This document shows, one piece after another, positions 10,691-20,679 of a stretch of 64,000 nucleotides of DNA; position 1 is the first letter of the stretch; each line of letters starts with the position of its first letter. The notes under the pieces were generated by a model, which was given only the letters and a program-made list of their open reading frames with translations, was not told where the DNA came from and did not search any database. A program made the translations under genes and the position numbers. The stretch spans positions 496,001 to 560,000 of the forward strand of contig UYFQ01000005.1 in the NCBI GenBank assembly GCA_900617105.1, in the 5' to 3' direction. The DNA comes from Hydrurus foetidus. Lineage: Eukaryota.

Positions 10691-11320
10691 TCAAACATTT
10701 CGCCAGAAGTCCGTGTACTTCTTCAGCAATTCATAAAACCGACGTTTGGGATCGGCACCGACACTGCCAGCATCCAAATCGAGCCGCAAGGCTTGGTAGA
10801 TCTCTGGCAAATCCCAGAAACCATTAGTTTCTGCTATTTCAATGTATTGGGCTACGCACTCGCGTTGCTCAGCAGTTAAATGCCTCTTTGCATAGGCCAC
10901 TCGATCGTGACATACATCGCGCAAAGCATATCCTAGGTCTTCCAATCCAAAACCGCTAAACTGGCTAACGACATCTTCAAGCCCAAAACCAACAGGCAAG
11001 AGCATTTCTTCAAACCAACCTAAGCTTCTTTTCTGAAGGCACGTTATCATGAAGTAGGGCAAATAGCACGCCATCCCCATAGGTGAGAGATTGACGATGA
11101 TTTCATCGGAAGGGAAAGACCGCGATGTCAGCAGAACGTCTGTCCACGCCTTTCCAACAAAGTGTTTGGCGAGTCGTCCACCGTCTACCCACGCTGGATT
11201 TCTTACGATCTGCCATTCGGATTCCAGTAGAGTCGAGGGGAAACAGCGTGGGATTTTTGAAATCAACGAATTGATCCGCCTCTCAAGCATGGCTTGAGTC
11301 TTTTGAGTTTTCTCGATCAT
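10691..11320 (-). CDS. Putative immunity protein (DUF6714-like) for the upstream toxin
   Basis: ATGA overlap with the toxin stop; GKAWTDV...LSPMGMACYLPYFM and LTAEQRECVAQYIEIAE. Confidence 0.78.
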   Translation of the reverse strand: MIEKTQKTQAMLERRINSLISKIPRCFPSTLLESEWQIVRNPAWVDGGRLAKHFVGKAWTDVLLTSRSFPSDEIIVNLSPMGMACYLPYFMITCLQKRSLGWFEEMLLPVGFGLEDVVSQFSGFGLEDLGYALRDVCHDRVAYAKRHLTAEQRECVAQYIEIAETNGFWDLPEIYQALRLDLDAGSVGADPKRRFYELLKKYTDFWRNV

Positions 11321-14300
11321 GGTGCCTTACATTGTTTTGCTTCCTGTAGGGCAAGACATCTTCCGCACTTGCTGCGTTGCTTCAATCTCCCTTCAATTTG
11401 CTCCCAGTGGCCAGAATCACCGCCTAGAAAACAGGTATCCATAACTAGTAAGCGCGCAACAATGCATTGCTCCATTGCAGCCCCCTTTTGCTGCAGCAGC
11501 GCGCAAGTCATACTTCCGTCTCCTTTGCATGACTCATTTGCCAACGGGTTTTCACAAGCCGCATCCTTGGCTGCCTCAAGCACTGCATGCTGCTCGGCAG
11601 TACACATCCCCGGAGGCTTTGCATTCGGCATGCCCGCAGGTGGCCAATTGAACTGCGCTGGCCAAGGTCTGCTACCGCTAAGCCTGTTCCAAATAGCATC
11701 GAGTAGCGGTGGAAGTTGAGGCACAGGTGCCGCAACCGCGACTTGGGAGACGGCGCCCACGGCAATGCCGCCTGCCAATACCGGACTGATGGTGGCAATC
11801 AAGAGTAGCGCAATGATCGCCGCCGCGAACAGCACAGCCGGAGTAAAGTTCGTCGTATTAGCAGGCTCTGTTGACGGCTGCAATTGACAGTCGCCTGTTT
11901 CTGCCGCACCGCGAAGACTTCCCGAAATAATGTATGCACCAACCCCAGTTTCTGGTCGAATGGCGATGTACGCAGTTCCCTGCCATCCGTTAACATTTTG
12001 CTCACTCTCCGGAATTGTGACTTGAAGTCCCCCAATCAATGCGTTAACAACCTCTTCGCGTACAGCGTTACTCATTTGGATTTGACCCAAGAATTGATCT
12101 ACATTGGCACTGGTAAGCGTAAACACCCTAAGACCTGATTCCATCGCAGTCTGTATCAACCGTACAGCCGATACCGAAGTCCCTGTCTCTCGACCAAATA
12201 CTTGATCGAATGCATCCCCTTCCAAGTAGGAAGTACGCATGCCTTGCTCACGCTGAAAAGTGGCTTGCTCCATCCCTTGAATGCCGATAATGGAATGACC
12301 AATATCCATTGTTCGACCCAAATAACTGGCACTGCGTGGAACTCCCCAGATGTATTGAACCTGTAGACCACTGCTGACCGCGCCGAGTGATGGCATGCGC
12401 TGCACCACTGCGCTCTCGCGACGGGCAATCAAAGATGCGTAGGCATCCACTTGATGCCAGTAACTCATTCCCACAGCATGCAGATTCCCTGACGATGTCG
12501 CGGGAAAGTTCATACTACTCAATTGCTTTGCTGAAATGGAATCGCCAATCACAGCCCAAACAGTTTCGTCGCCTGCGGTTGCAGTGTAAGTTTGCAGAAG
12601 GCCAGTCTGAGCAGTTTGTCCGGCCGGTATGACATTGACCTGCCATTCCACATCTTTGGCCATGCTGACAGTGTCACCAGACACGACCGTAACACCGTCA
12701 ATCTGAAACAGCGGCCTGACCCGTAAGGTATATGCAGGGAATGCAGCCGCCCCGCTGATTCTGTAGCTCGCAATGGATTGCTGGTCAATCGGTGTAGCCC
12801 CCTCATAAGTAATTCCTACCCTGCGTTGCAACAAGTCGGAAAGATTGAACATACGCCGAATCAAGGTATTGCCTGATCCTCCTGTGCCTTCAAGCTCAGA
12901 CCCGTGGAAATCAATTTTCCAGCGTAAACCATCTGGAATTTCGACCGTCTGATTGCCCACCAGGACTGTTGCATACGGCAAAGTTCCGGCTAGCATGGTG
13001 TGGGCCTGACTCCTGATTGTTTGCTTGCCAAGCACATCGTCTACGTTGAAGTTGGCTCCAGTTGTGCTGCTGTCGATGTAAGCTTTGACCTGATTCTGGT
13101 AACTGGTCATCTGGGTTTGCAGAGCCGTTAGGTTCAGATTCTGCGCGTAGTTGGGCGTGAGCGTTGCACCCTGCTGCACAGCTTGAATCAAAGCGTTCCC
13201 ATTCACAGGTACTGCCGTTTTGAGGTTAATCCCCAGTGCATAGTCGTATTGTTTGTAGCTCGCATCCAGTGGCACCCAGGCATTCAGCAGCCCGTTGGGG
13301 TTGACGTGTTGGCTGGTGCTAGCGTTAAGGTTGCCTCGGCTGGGTGTCCAGTTGACGTAAGCGTTGACCCAGACATGTTCCAGCCGGATAGTGGTGATGC
13401 GTCCGGCCTGTGCCAGGCCCATGGCGGCGATGCCACCTTGGTTAAGCAAATTCAATGCGGCTTGCGGAGTAGTCACACCACCGACCCAGTTTTGTACTCG
13501 CTCTGCCGCTATGTCCACGGTGCCGAACTGGTAGCGCGCGGGGATGTTGGCGGCGCGCAGGAGGGCGATCTCCAAGCTGGCAGTGTCAAAGGCGTTGCCT
13601 TTGCGGGCGGTAAGGGTGTAGTCCGCACTTTGGATCGCGCCCCAGGTGGGCAAGTACTGGATGTTGTTTATCACCCAGTTGTGGATGGTGACAGGGTTGT
13701 TGCCGAGTTCTGTGGCTTTGGCTTTGATAACAGGGGTGAGTGCGACTTCGGAGGTTTCAGCCAAGTCGGCGGCATTGGGGGTTTGGCTAGGCTCGGGGGG
13801 GATGCTGAACTGGATGCCGCCGATGGTGGTGTCTGTTTGGGCGAGTTTGACGTGCTGGTCGGCGTACAGGTTCTGGTACCAAGCAGTCTTGGTTTCTGCG
13901 GGCTGGCGGGTGTTGGGCTTAGGGGTACTCCAGGGCAGCTTGCTGGGATCCAGGGGGGGCGAAATTCTGGCTGCGGGGTATTGCTCGAAAAAGTTGTGAA
14001 TGGCGCTGAGGCTGGCTTCATTAGGATTGGCTTTCCAGGAGCGAAGGCGCTGGCGCAGAGTCTGAGCGCGGGTGCTGAGTTCGGTCTCGGTTTGGTCATG
14101 GCGGGCCAGGAGGATGGCGAGGGTATTCGGGTTTAGTTGTTGAGCTGACAGTTGGCTGCGGCTAGCGTGGAATTCGGCCAGCGCTGCATCGGTGTCACTG
14201 TCTATGCTGTCGAACAGGTCTCTGAGCTGTTGCAACTCGATGCTTTGCTGACTGGCGCTCTTAAGGCTCGCAACTTTGGCGCTGGGGGTTTCGGCAGTGG

Positions 14301-14721
14301 CATGCTTGACCAAGGCGCGCACGAGTTCATGGGCACGACTAAGGTTGCGTGCGGTGCGGGTGGTGGCGATCTGGTTGGTGACTGCCGCTGCCCTGATTTG
14401 GGTTAGGTCGGCTTTAGCTCGTTCAAAGCTCTGCGGCCATTGGCTCAGGCGCTGGAGTTGAGTATTAGCTATTAAATTAAGAGCGGACTGCGCTGATGCA
14501 TCTTGCGCCAGTACGCTCAACGGGGCCAGGGCGTTGCACAGCAGCACTGCGGCCAGCACGCGCGCGACCGGGCGCCGCACGGGGTGCCACGGGGTCATCG
14601 TGTTGATGGGCTCATCGGACACCTGAGTTGACGCTCGAAGGGGGTTGTGGGGTTGAAGGGTTTGGCTTGACATAGGTGTGCTCCCGCGCTGCGCTGTTTG
14701 TTGTGGTGTTCGTTGTTTCAC
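11317..14721 (-). CDS. Secreted inactive-transglutaminase polymorphic toxin with Ntox16-like C-terminus (true start possibly ATG at 14598)
   Basis: Signal peptide, GNAFDTASLEIALLRAANIPARY core, GWQGTAYIAIRPETGVGAYII junction, TM helix, C-terminal C..AR....CF.GGD.GH motif. Confidence 0.88.
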   Translation of the reverse strand: MKQRTPQQTAQRGSTPMSSQTLQPHNPLRASTQVSDEPINTMTPWHPVRRPVARVLAAVLLCNALAPLSVLAQDASAQSALNLIANTQLQRLSQWPQSFERAKADLTQIRAAAVTNQIATTRTARNLSRAHELVRALVKHATAETPSAKVASLKSASQQSIELQQLRDLFDSIDSDTDAALAEFHASRSQLSAQQLNPNTLAILLARHDQTETELSTRAQTLRQRLRSWKANPNEASLSAIHNFFEQYPAARISPPLDPSKLPWSTPKPNTRQPAETKTAWYQNLYADQHVKLAQTDTTIGGIQFSIPPEPSQTPNAADLAETSEVALTPVIKAKATELGNNPVTIHNWVINNIQYLPTWGAIQSADYTLTARKGNAFDTASLEIALLRAANIPARYQFGTVDIAAERVQNWVGGVTTPQAALNLLNQGGIAAMGLAQAGRITTIRLEHVWVNAYVNWTPSRGNLNASTSQHVNPNGLLNAWVPLDASYKQYDYALGINLKTAVPVNGNALIQAVQQGATLTPNYAQNLNLTALQTQMTSYQNQVKAYIDSSTTGANFNVDDVLGKQTIRSQAHTMLAGTLPYATVLVGNQTVEIPDGLRWKIDFHGSELEGTGGSGNTLIRRMFNLSDLLQRRVGITYEGATPIDQQSIASYRISGAAAFPAYTLRVRPLFQIDGVTVVSGDTVSMAKDVEWQVNVIPAGQTAQTGLLQTYTATAGDETVWAVIGDSISAKQLSSMNFPATSSGNLHAVGMSYWHQVDAYASLIARRESAVVQRMPSLGAVSSGLQVQYIWGVPRSASYLGRTMDIGHSIIGIQGMEQATFQREQGMRTSYLEGDAFDQVFGRETGTSVSAVRLIQTAMESGLRVFTLTSANVDQFLGQIQMSNAVREEVVNALIGGLQVTIPESEQNVNGWQGTAYIAIRPETGVGAYIISGSLRGAAETGDCQLQPSTEPANTTNFTPAVLFAAAIIALLLIATISPVLAGGIAVGAVSQVAVAAPVPQLPPLLDAIWNRLSGSRPWPAQFNWPPAGMPNAKPPGMCTAEQHAVLEAAKDAACENPLANESCKGDGSMTCALLQQKGAAMEQCIVARLLVMDTCFLGGDSGHWEQIEGRLKQRSKCGRCLALQEAKQCKAP

Positions 14722-16441
14722 TTGTCCACCGTGAAGGTGGTGGTGGCGAGCGTTTGGGCACTCCCGGCGACGGTGGCGATCAGCTCTATCTTGAGCTTGT
14801 TACCGGCTGCGCCCTGCACCACCCAGCTGGCACTGGCCGTGCTGGTTTGCCCGGTGGCGATGTCGGCGCTTTGGTTGATGTCTTGCACCAGTGTTCCCCC
14901 TGTGCTGGTGTTGGTGATGTGCAGTTTGAGCGGGATGGCGGTGGCGCTGGCCCCGGTGTTGCCCACGCTGCGGTTCAGGGCCACGGTGACTCCCGCTTTG
15001 GCGTGGGTGGGGCTGGCGCTGAGGGTGGCGCTGAGCTTGGTGGGGCCGACCAGAAGCTGGAACTGGTCACGGGCGAGCAGTTGGGTGTCGGTGTAGGCCC
15101 AGCTCAGCCCCAGGTTGTAGGCGGCGGTGACGCTGATGTCGATGGTGTCACCCACCTGCCCTGCGGCCACCCAGTTGCTGGTGCGTTGGCTGCTTTGTCC
15201 GCTGGTGAGGGTGAAGGTTTCGGTGGCGGTGAGCACGGTGCTGCCGGTGCGGCGGTTGACCCAGTTGGTGGTCACAGGCAAGGCGGTGAAGCTGCCGATG
15301 CCATTGGCGGCGAGGGTGCAGTTGTTGGTGAGGTTGCGGCTGCCCACCAGGCTGCTGCCGAGCTGGACTTGGCGGGTGCTTTGGCTGTTGACGCTGACAT
15401 CCACGCTGGTGGCCAAACAAGCCCGCTGCTGGCAGAGTTGGCGGGCCGCAGCTTGCTCGGCCCAGGCCAGGGCTTGCAGTGCTTGGCTGGTGTCGGTGTT
15501 GGCGCTGGCGATGCCACGCAGGTAGTTGGCGGCGACGAGGTATTCCACCAGGCCTTCTGCGTAGCGGCCTTGGGTGGTGAATTGTTTGCCCAAATCGGCT
15601 TGGTAGCTGGCGTTGCTGAGGGCGGTGGTGTCGGCACTGCCTGTGGGCTTGAGGGCGACCAAGGCTGCGCTGGCGTTGCCGATGAGGGTTGCGACGCTGC
15701 TGAGGGTGAAGCTGTGGGTGACGGTTTGGCTCACTGCGGTGGCCCCTGGGGCGCTGGCCTGCACTTGCACCGGTACGCTGTAGCTGCCGGCTTGCCCGCT
15801 GCTGACTTGCAAGATGAGGTTGCTGGTTTGGCCGGGTTGCAGGCTGATGGCCCAGTTCACCAGGGTGCTGCCGTTGGCTTGTGGGCTGATGTCGGCCGCA
15901 CTGGCGACACTGGGTTGCGACGCCAACAGGTTCACGCCTGCGGGCAACAGTGCTTGCACGTTGAGGCTGGCGACTTGGCTGCCGGTGTTAGCGAGCGCGG
16001 TGCTGAGGGTTTGCGGCGCACCGGGAACGGGGCTGTTGCCAGGGGCGATGCCTGCCGGGGTGGTGGCTGTGGTGGTGCTGTTGATGACGGCATTGGGTGT
16101 CGCCAAGTAGGCCAAGCTGCGCACCACGGTGTCGGCCAGCAGGCTGTCGTTGGCGGCGTTGGGTTGGGCCATGAGGGTGGCGAGGTCAAACGCGAAGGTC
16201 AGCGCGTGGCCGGTGCCCAGGGTTTTGCTGATGATGGCGGGGATGCCTCCGGCGAACATGGCTTGAACGGTGCCGCCGCTGGTGACGCTGTTCGCACCTG
16301 TGCTCAAGCTGAAGCGGGTGGGGGTGCCCAGGGTTTTGAGGCCAGCAGCGGGGTACAGGCTGCCTCCCAAGCTGGCGATGCTGTTGGCGGGCAAGGCGGC
16401 GGTTTGTTGCACCACGCCCATGTAGGGGTGCAGGTACATGG
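14501..16441. repeat. ~1.94-kb direct repeat, copy 2 (3' part of the giant gene plus toxin signal-peptide region)
   Basis: Near-identical to 20459-22399 at offset 5958; visible differences only near the edges. Confidence 0.95.
14718..16441 (-). pseudogene. Duplicated C-terminal ~574 codons of the giant protein
   Basis: Protein matches the end of 20676-28238 from MYLHPYMGVV; no signal peptide. Confidence 0.88.
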
Positions 16442-16605
16442 CGGATGTGGATGCCTGCGGCTCGCAGGAGGGCGATGAGCCGACGAACTGTGCCACGTCG
16501 ATAACAAGACTTTCCGCCCGCCCGCCCCAGGCGAATAACGCCATATACGCAGGCAGTACCGCTACTTATAGCTATCGAATTAGAAGTACCCACGTTATGA
16601 CACAC

Positions 16606-17250
16606 TCAAAGTGAGGTCATCGAAAAAGAAACTTCAATACTGCCATGCATCAATCCAGAGAAATGCTCAAAAATAAATGGGTTTTCATCAGGTGGATCTA
16701 CAGAAAAATCAAGTAAATCAGCCCCTATTGACAATAAAGACTTAGCCCCAGCACCAATTTGAAGAGTTCCAGTCACCCATGGCGGTGCATCAGAAATTTT
16801 CGCAAAAGTACTTTCTTGAAATCCAAATCCAAAATAAGGCAAATCCCAATGCGATATATTATCTTTAACATTATAGCTATTTAAATTTTTTTTATATTTA
16901 ATTTCATTAACAATAAAATTGTTTAAAAAAATACAATCTATAGGTCTATTTATGTAAATTGAATTTATTTTAGATTTTGAATTTTTTAATTTAATCCAAA
17001 TAGCTTCTCCTGGCCCGGATATTGCAACAATAGAAATTATTGCAGCCAATTTTATTAATTCATTTTTTGAAATGAAAATGTTAAATCTATTTCTTCCAAA
17101 TTCAGTCCATGCTGATTTTGTGTTAATATGATCAACATCAGCAATCAAAGAAGTAGATTCATTCAATAATATTACATCTTTACTGGAAAAAGTTGCTTCG
17201 CCTAATTTAGCATCATCACAAATAACGGAAAGTGATTTATTTGTTTTCAT
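16606..17250 (-). CDS. Very AT-rich putative immunity protein (214 aa)
   Basis: Starts 3 bp after the toxin stop; strong compositional contrast; no recognised family. Confidence 0.72.
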   Translation of the reverse strand: MKTNKSLSVICDDAKLGEATFSSKDVILLNESTSLIADVDHINTKSAWTEFGRNRFNIFISKNELIKLAAIISIVAISGPGEAIWIKLKNSKSKINSIYINRPIDCIFLNNFIVNEIKYKKNLNSYNVKDNISHWDLPYFGFGFQESTFAKISDAPPWVTGTLQIGAGAKSLLSIGADLLDFSVDPPDENPFIFEHFSGLMHGSIEVSFSMTSL

Positions 17251-17253
17251 AAA

Positions 17254-20200
17254 TTAATTACTAAAAGCTCCACCCGCATTAATAACCCAATCTACCCTAT
17301 ATCCATCACGCCCAGAAAAATTAGGTTTTGGATAGCTACCACCATCTGGCGCGCAAAGCCCAGAAGGACTTACACTCATAATATAATTCTCAAGCTTTAA
17401 AAACCAAGGCTCTCTTAGGGTTAAAGCTTTGTTATTGTAAAGACCTACTTGCGCTTTCAAAATTGAAACCAAACCCAATGCTTCTGATTTAGTTAGTGGC
17501 GTTGCCTGGGCCCAATTTACCGATATTGTCCATTGATTTGGTAGACGTTTCTTTTGTGATGGCATATCTGATCCTTGCGCTTGAAAACTTCCTCTATGGC
17601 ATTTATCGCTTGGACATGGACTTGAACTAGCCGCGTTTGCTTTAAATGTTAAAAATGTCATCCCTATCGCAGTCATTACCTGAAAAATGGCAGGCGATAA
17701 AACTGGAACAACTGTAGCAGAAGCCGCCAACCCTGCCTCTGCTATTAACAACATGGCTAGTCGGATGACCATTTGCGTGAGTATTCGCTGTGAAATTGAC
17801 TGAACCAAAGGCTGTGTTTTAGGTTCGCATAGCACCAATTCACTACCATTACTGCCATCGATAATATAGGCACCAGCACCCGTAATAGGATCTGTAGCAA
17901 TATACGCCTGCCCTGTCCAACCAGAAAATTTAACTACATCTTCAGGAGCCAAAACAACCAAACCACTTGTGACCGCATCACCAATTTGTTGGCGCATGGC
18001 ATAAGAAATTTCTGTCGCACCAAGGTAATTTTCTAAATTATCCTTATCAATTTTCCATATTGCAACTCCAACACTACTCGCCGCTGAAATAACACTAACA
18101 GCAGATATGCCATTACCAGGGGCCAAACCCAGCAGTTCTTCAAATATCCGCCCCTCCAGAAAGGAGTTTTTGATGCCGATGCGCTTCATGTATTCCACCG
18201 TCGCACCGGGGTCGCTCATGCCTGTCACGGCTGAGATCATGCGCCTTATGTCTACGGCGTAGCTGCTGTATTGCCCTTGGCGTGGGATGCCCCACGAGTA
18301 CTGTACGGTTAAGGGGCTGGTGAACAGGCCTACTGAGGGGAGTCGGTAGGCTTGTACGTTGGCGGTTTTAGCCATCATGGCGTCGGATACGTTGGCGCGT
18401 GACCAGTAGCCCAGGGCCATGTGGTGCAGGTTTTCCAGTGCGGTGTCGGGGTTGACTTGGGCTGCCCTGTTGGCTACGTCGTCCAGGCTGAGACCGCTGG
18501 CATCTACGCCGAAAACGATGGCATCACCGACTGCGCTTTCTCGTTTGAAGTCTTCTTCTATGGGCCCAAAGTTGGGGCCTTGGAGGATGTAGTTCCACCA
18601 TTGGGTGTCGCCCATGCGTTGGGCGGGGACTTCGGCGAGCAAGGTGTCGTCGAGTTTGAATTGGAGTTTTTGGCGGATCAGGTACAGCGGTAAGGCGCTG
18701 GCGTTGTTGGTGACGTACAGGTCTATGACTTGCTGGTCTGCGGGGGTGGCGGCTACGTAGGTGGCGGCCAAGCGCTTGTTGCCTATTTGCGAGAGCCGCA
18801 GGCTTTGCGTCATGCTGGGGGTGTCTGTGGCTTTGTCGTTGTCTGAGGCGTAGAGCTTGAAGCTGATTTTCCAGCGCAGGGTGTCGGGTATTTGCTGGGT
18901 TTCGTTGCCTGCCATGGTGATGGGGTAGGGCAAGGTGCCGGGCAGCAGGCTGAAGTTTTGAGGGCGTATGGTTTGTCGCCCGGTGATGTCTGCTGTGGTG
19001 GCGTTTGCACCTACGGTGGCGGTGACGTAGGTTTGCAGGCGGGTTTGGTAGTCGGTAAATTGGGTTTGCAAATTGGCTTGGTTCAGCCCTTGCACGGTGT
19101 TGGCTGTGACGGTGGCGCCATCTTGCACGGCTGCTTGCAAGGCGTTGGCATCCATAGGGACTGCCGCTGGTAAATCTAAGCCTGGGGTGTAGTCGTACTG
19201 TTTGTAGCTGGCATCCAGGGGTGTCCATGCGTTGAGCAGGCCGTTGGGGTTGACGTGCTGGGTGGCATTGGCGTTTTTGTTGCCTCGGCTGGGTGTCCAG
19301 TTGACGTAGGCGTTGACCCAGACATGCTCCATGCGGATGGCTGTGATGTGCCCGGCTTGTGCCACGCCTATGGCGGCGATGCCGCCTTGGTTTAGCAAGT
19401 TCAGTGCGGCTTGCGGTGTGGTGACTCCGCCTAACCAGTTTTGTACGCGCTCTGCGGCTATGTCTACGGTGCCAAACTGGTAACGCGCGGGGATGCCTGC
19501 GGCTCGCAAGAGGGCAATCTCTAGGCTGGCGGTATCAAAGGCGTTGCCTCTGCGAGCGGTGAGTGTGTAGTCGGCACTTTGGATTGCGCCCCAGGTGGGC
19601 AGGTATTGGACGTTGTTTCTCACCCAGTTATGGATGGTGACGGGGTTGTTACCGAGTTCTGTGGCTTTGGCTTGGAGGGCGGGGGTGAGCTGGGTTTCGT
19701 CGCTGGTGCTCAGGTCTGCGGCGGTGGGCGCTTGGGTGGGTTCGGGGGGAATGTTGAATTGGATACCACCAATGGTGGTGCCTGTCGTGGCTTGGGCGAG
19801 TCGTATTTTTTGGTCTGCGTAGAGGTTTTGAAACCACGCCGTTTTGGTTTGCGCGGGGGTGCGTTGGTTGGGCTTGGCACTGCCCCACGGGAGTTGGTTG
19901 TGGTCGGTGGGGACGTGTGTTTTACCGGCCCCGGCTCCGGGGTACTGGGCCATGTGCAGGGCCAGGGCGTAGGTATTGGTGTCTGTGGGGTTGGCGGCTG
20001 CGGTGGCTGCGAGTTGGCTGAATTGGCTGGCTTTGGCGCTGAGTTGCTGCTGGGCCGCATCATGACGGGTGAGCAGTTCGCTCACTGTTTGGGCAGACAG
20101 TTCGCCTTTTCTTCCGATCTCTTGCAGTTGCGCTCGGGCTGCATGCATCTCATCGGTGATGGTGCTTTGGGCGCTTTGGGTGTCGTAGAGCAGGCCGCGT

Positions 20201-20679
20201 AGGGTGGTTTTAAGGTCTGTGGCTCTTTGCGGGGTCAGGGTGGTTTGCGCGGATGTTTGCGGAGCTGCTGTACGTGACAAGGCGGCAGATGGGGGTTGCC
20301 GGACTGTCACGCTGGGCTTGGATGCTTCGGGGTGCAGGGTCTTGAGGAGGTCTGCGATCCGCTCTATGCGGCGCTGGGCCACTTCAGTATCGCTGGGCAC
20401 TAGGCTCGTTGTTTGTGGGATGGCTGCGGTGCTTTGGGTTGTTGTGCTTTTAGGATTCTCTTGCGCCAACACGCTCAAGGGGGCCAGGGCGTTGCACAGC
20501 AGCACTGCGGCCAGCACGCGCGCGACCGGGCGCCGCACGGGGTGCCACGGGGTCATCGTGTTGATGGGCTCATCGGACACCTGAGTTGACGCTCGAAGGG
20601 GGTTGTGGGGTTGAAGGGTTTGGCTTGACATAGGTGTGCTCCCGCGCTGCGCTGTTTGTTGTGGTGTTCGTTGTTTCAC
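17254..20679 (-). CDS. Secreted inactive-transglutaminase polymorphic toxin with an unassigned C-terminal domain (true start possibly ATG at 20556)
   Basis: Same signal peptide and core motifs (GNAFDTASL, EHVWV, WTPLDAS); GWTGQAYIATDPITGAGAYII junction; AT-rich tip HRGSFQAQG...RVDWVINAGGAFSN. Confidence 0.88.
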   Translation of the reverse strand: MKQRTPQQTAQRGSTPMSSQTLQPHNPLRASTQVSDEPINTMTPWHPVRRPVARVLAAVLLCNALAPLSVLAQENPKSTTTQSTAAIPQTTSLVPSDTEVAQRRIERIADLLKTLHPEASKPSVTVRQPPSAALSRTAAPQTSAQTTLTPQRATDLKTTLRGLLYDTQSAQSTITDEMHAARAQLQEIGRKGELSAQTVSELLTRHDAAQQQLSAKASQFSQLAATAAANPTDTNTYALALHMAQYPGAGAGKTHVPTDHNQLPWGSAKPNQRTPAQTKTAWFQNLYADQKIRLAQATTGTTIGGIQFNIPPEPTQAPTAADLSTSDETQLTPALQAKATELGNNPVTIHNWVRNNVQYLPTWGAIQSADYTLTARRGNAFDTASLEIALLRAAGIPARYQFGTVDIAAERVQNWLGGVTTPQAALNLLNQGGIAAIGVAQAGHITAIRMEHVWVNAYVNWTPSRGNKNANATQHVNPNGLLNAWTPLDASYKQYDYTPGLDLPAAVPMDANALQAAVQDGATVTANTVQGLNQANLQTQFTDYQTRLQTYVTATVGANATTADITGRQTIRPQNFSLLPGTLPYPITMAGNETQQIPDTLRWKISFKLYASDNDKATDTPSMTQSLRLSQIGNKRLAATYVAATPADQQVIDLYVTNNASALPLYLIRQKLQFKLDDTLLAEVPAQRMGDTQWWNYILQGPNFGPIEEDFKRESAVGDAIVFGVDASGLSLDDVANRAAQVNPDTALENLHHMALGYWSRANVSDAMMAKTANVQAYRLPSVGLFTSPLTVQYSWGIPRQGQYSSYAVDIRRMISAVTGMSDPGATVEYMKRIGIKNSFLEGRIFEELLGLAPGNGISAVSVISAASSVGVAIWKIDKDNLENYLGATEISYAMRQQIGDAVTSGLVVLAPEDVVKFSGWTGQAYIATDPITGAGAYIIDGSNGSELVLCEPKTQPLVQSISQRILTQMVIRLAMLLIAEAGLAASATVVPVLSPAIFQVMTAIGMTFLTFKANAASSSPCPSDKCHRGSFQAQGSDMPSQKKRLPNQWTISVNWAQATPLTKSEALGLVSILKAQVGLYNNKALTLREPWFLKLENYIMSVSPSGLCAPDGGSYPKPNFSGRDGYRVDWVINAGGAFSN

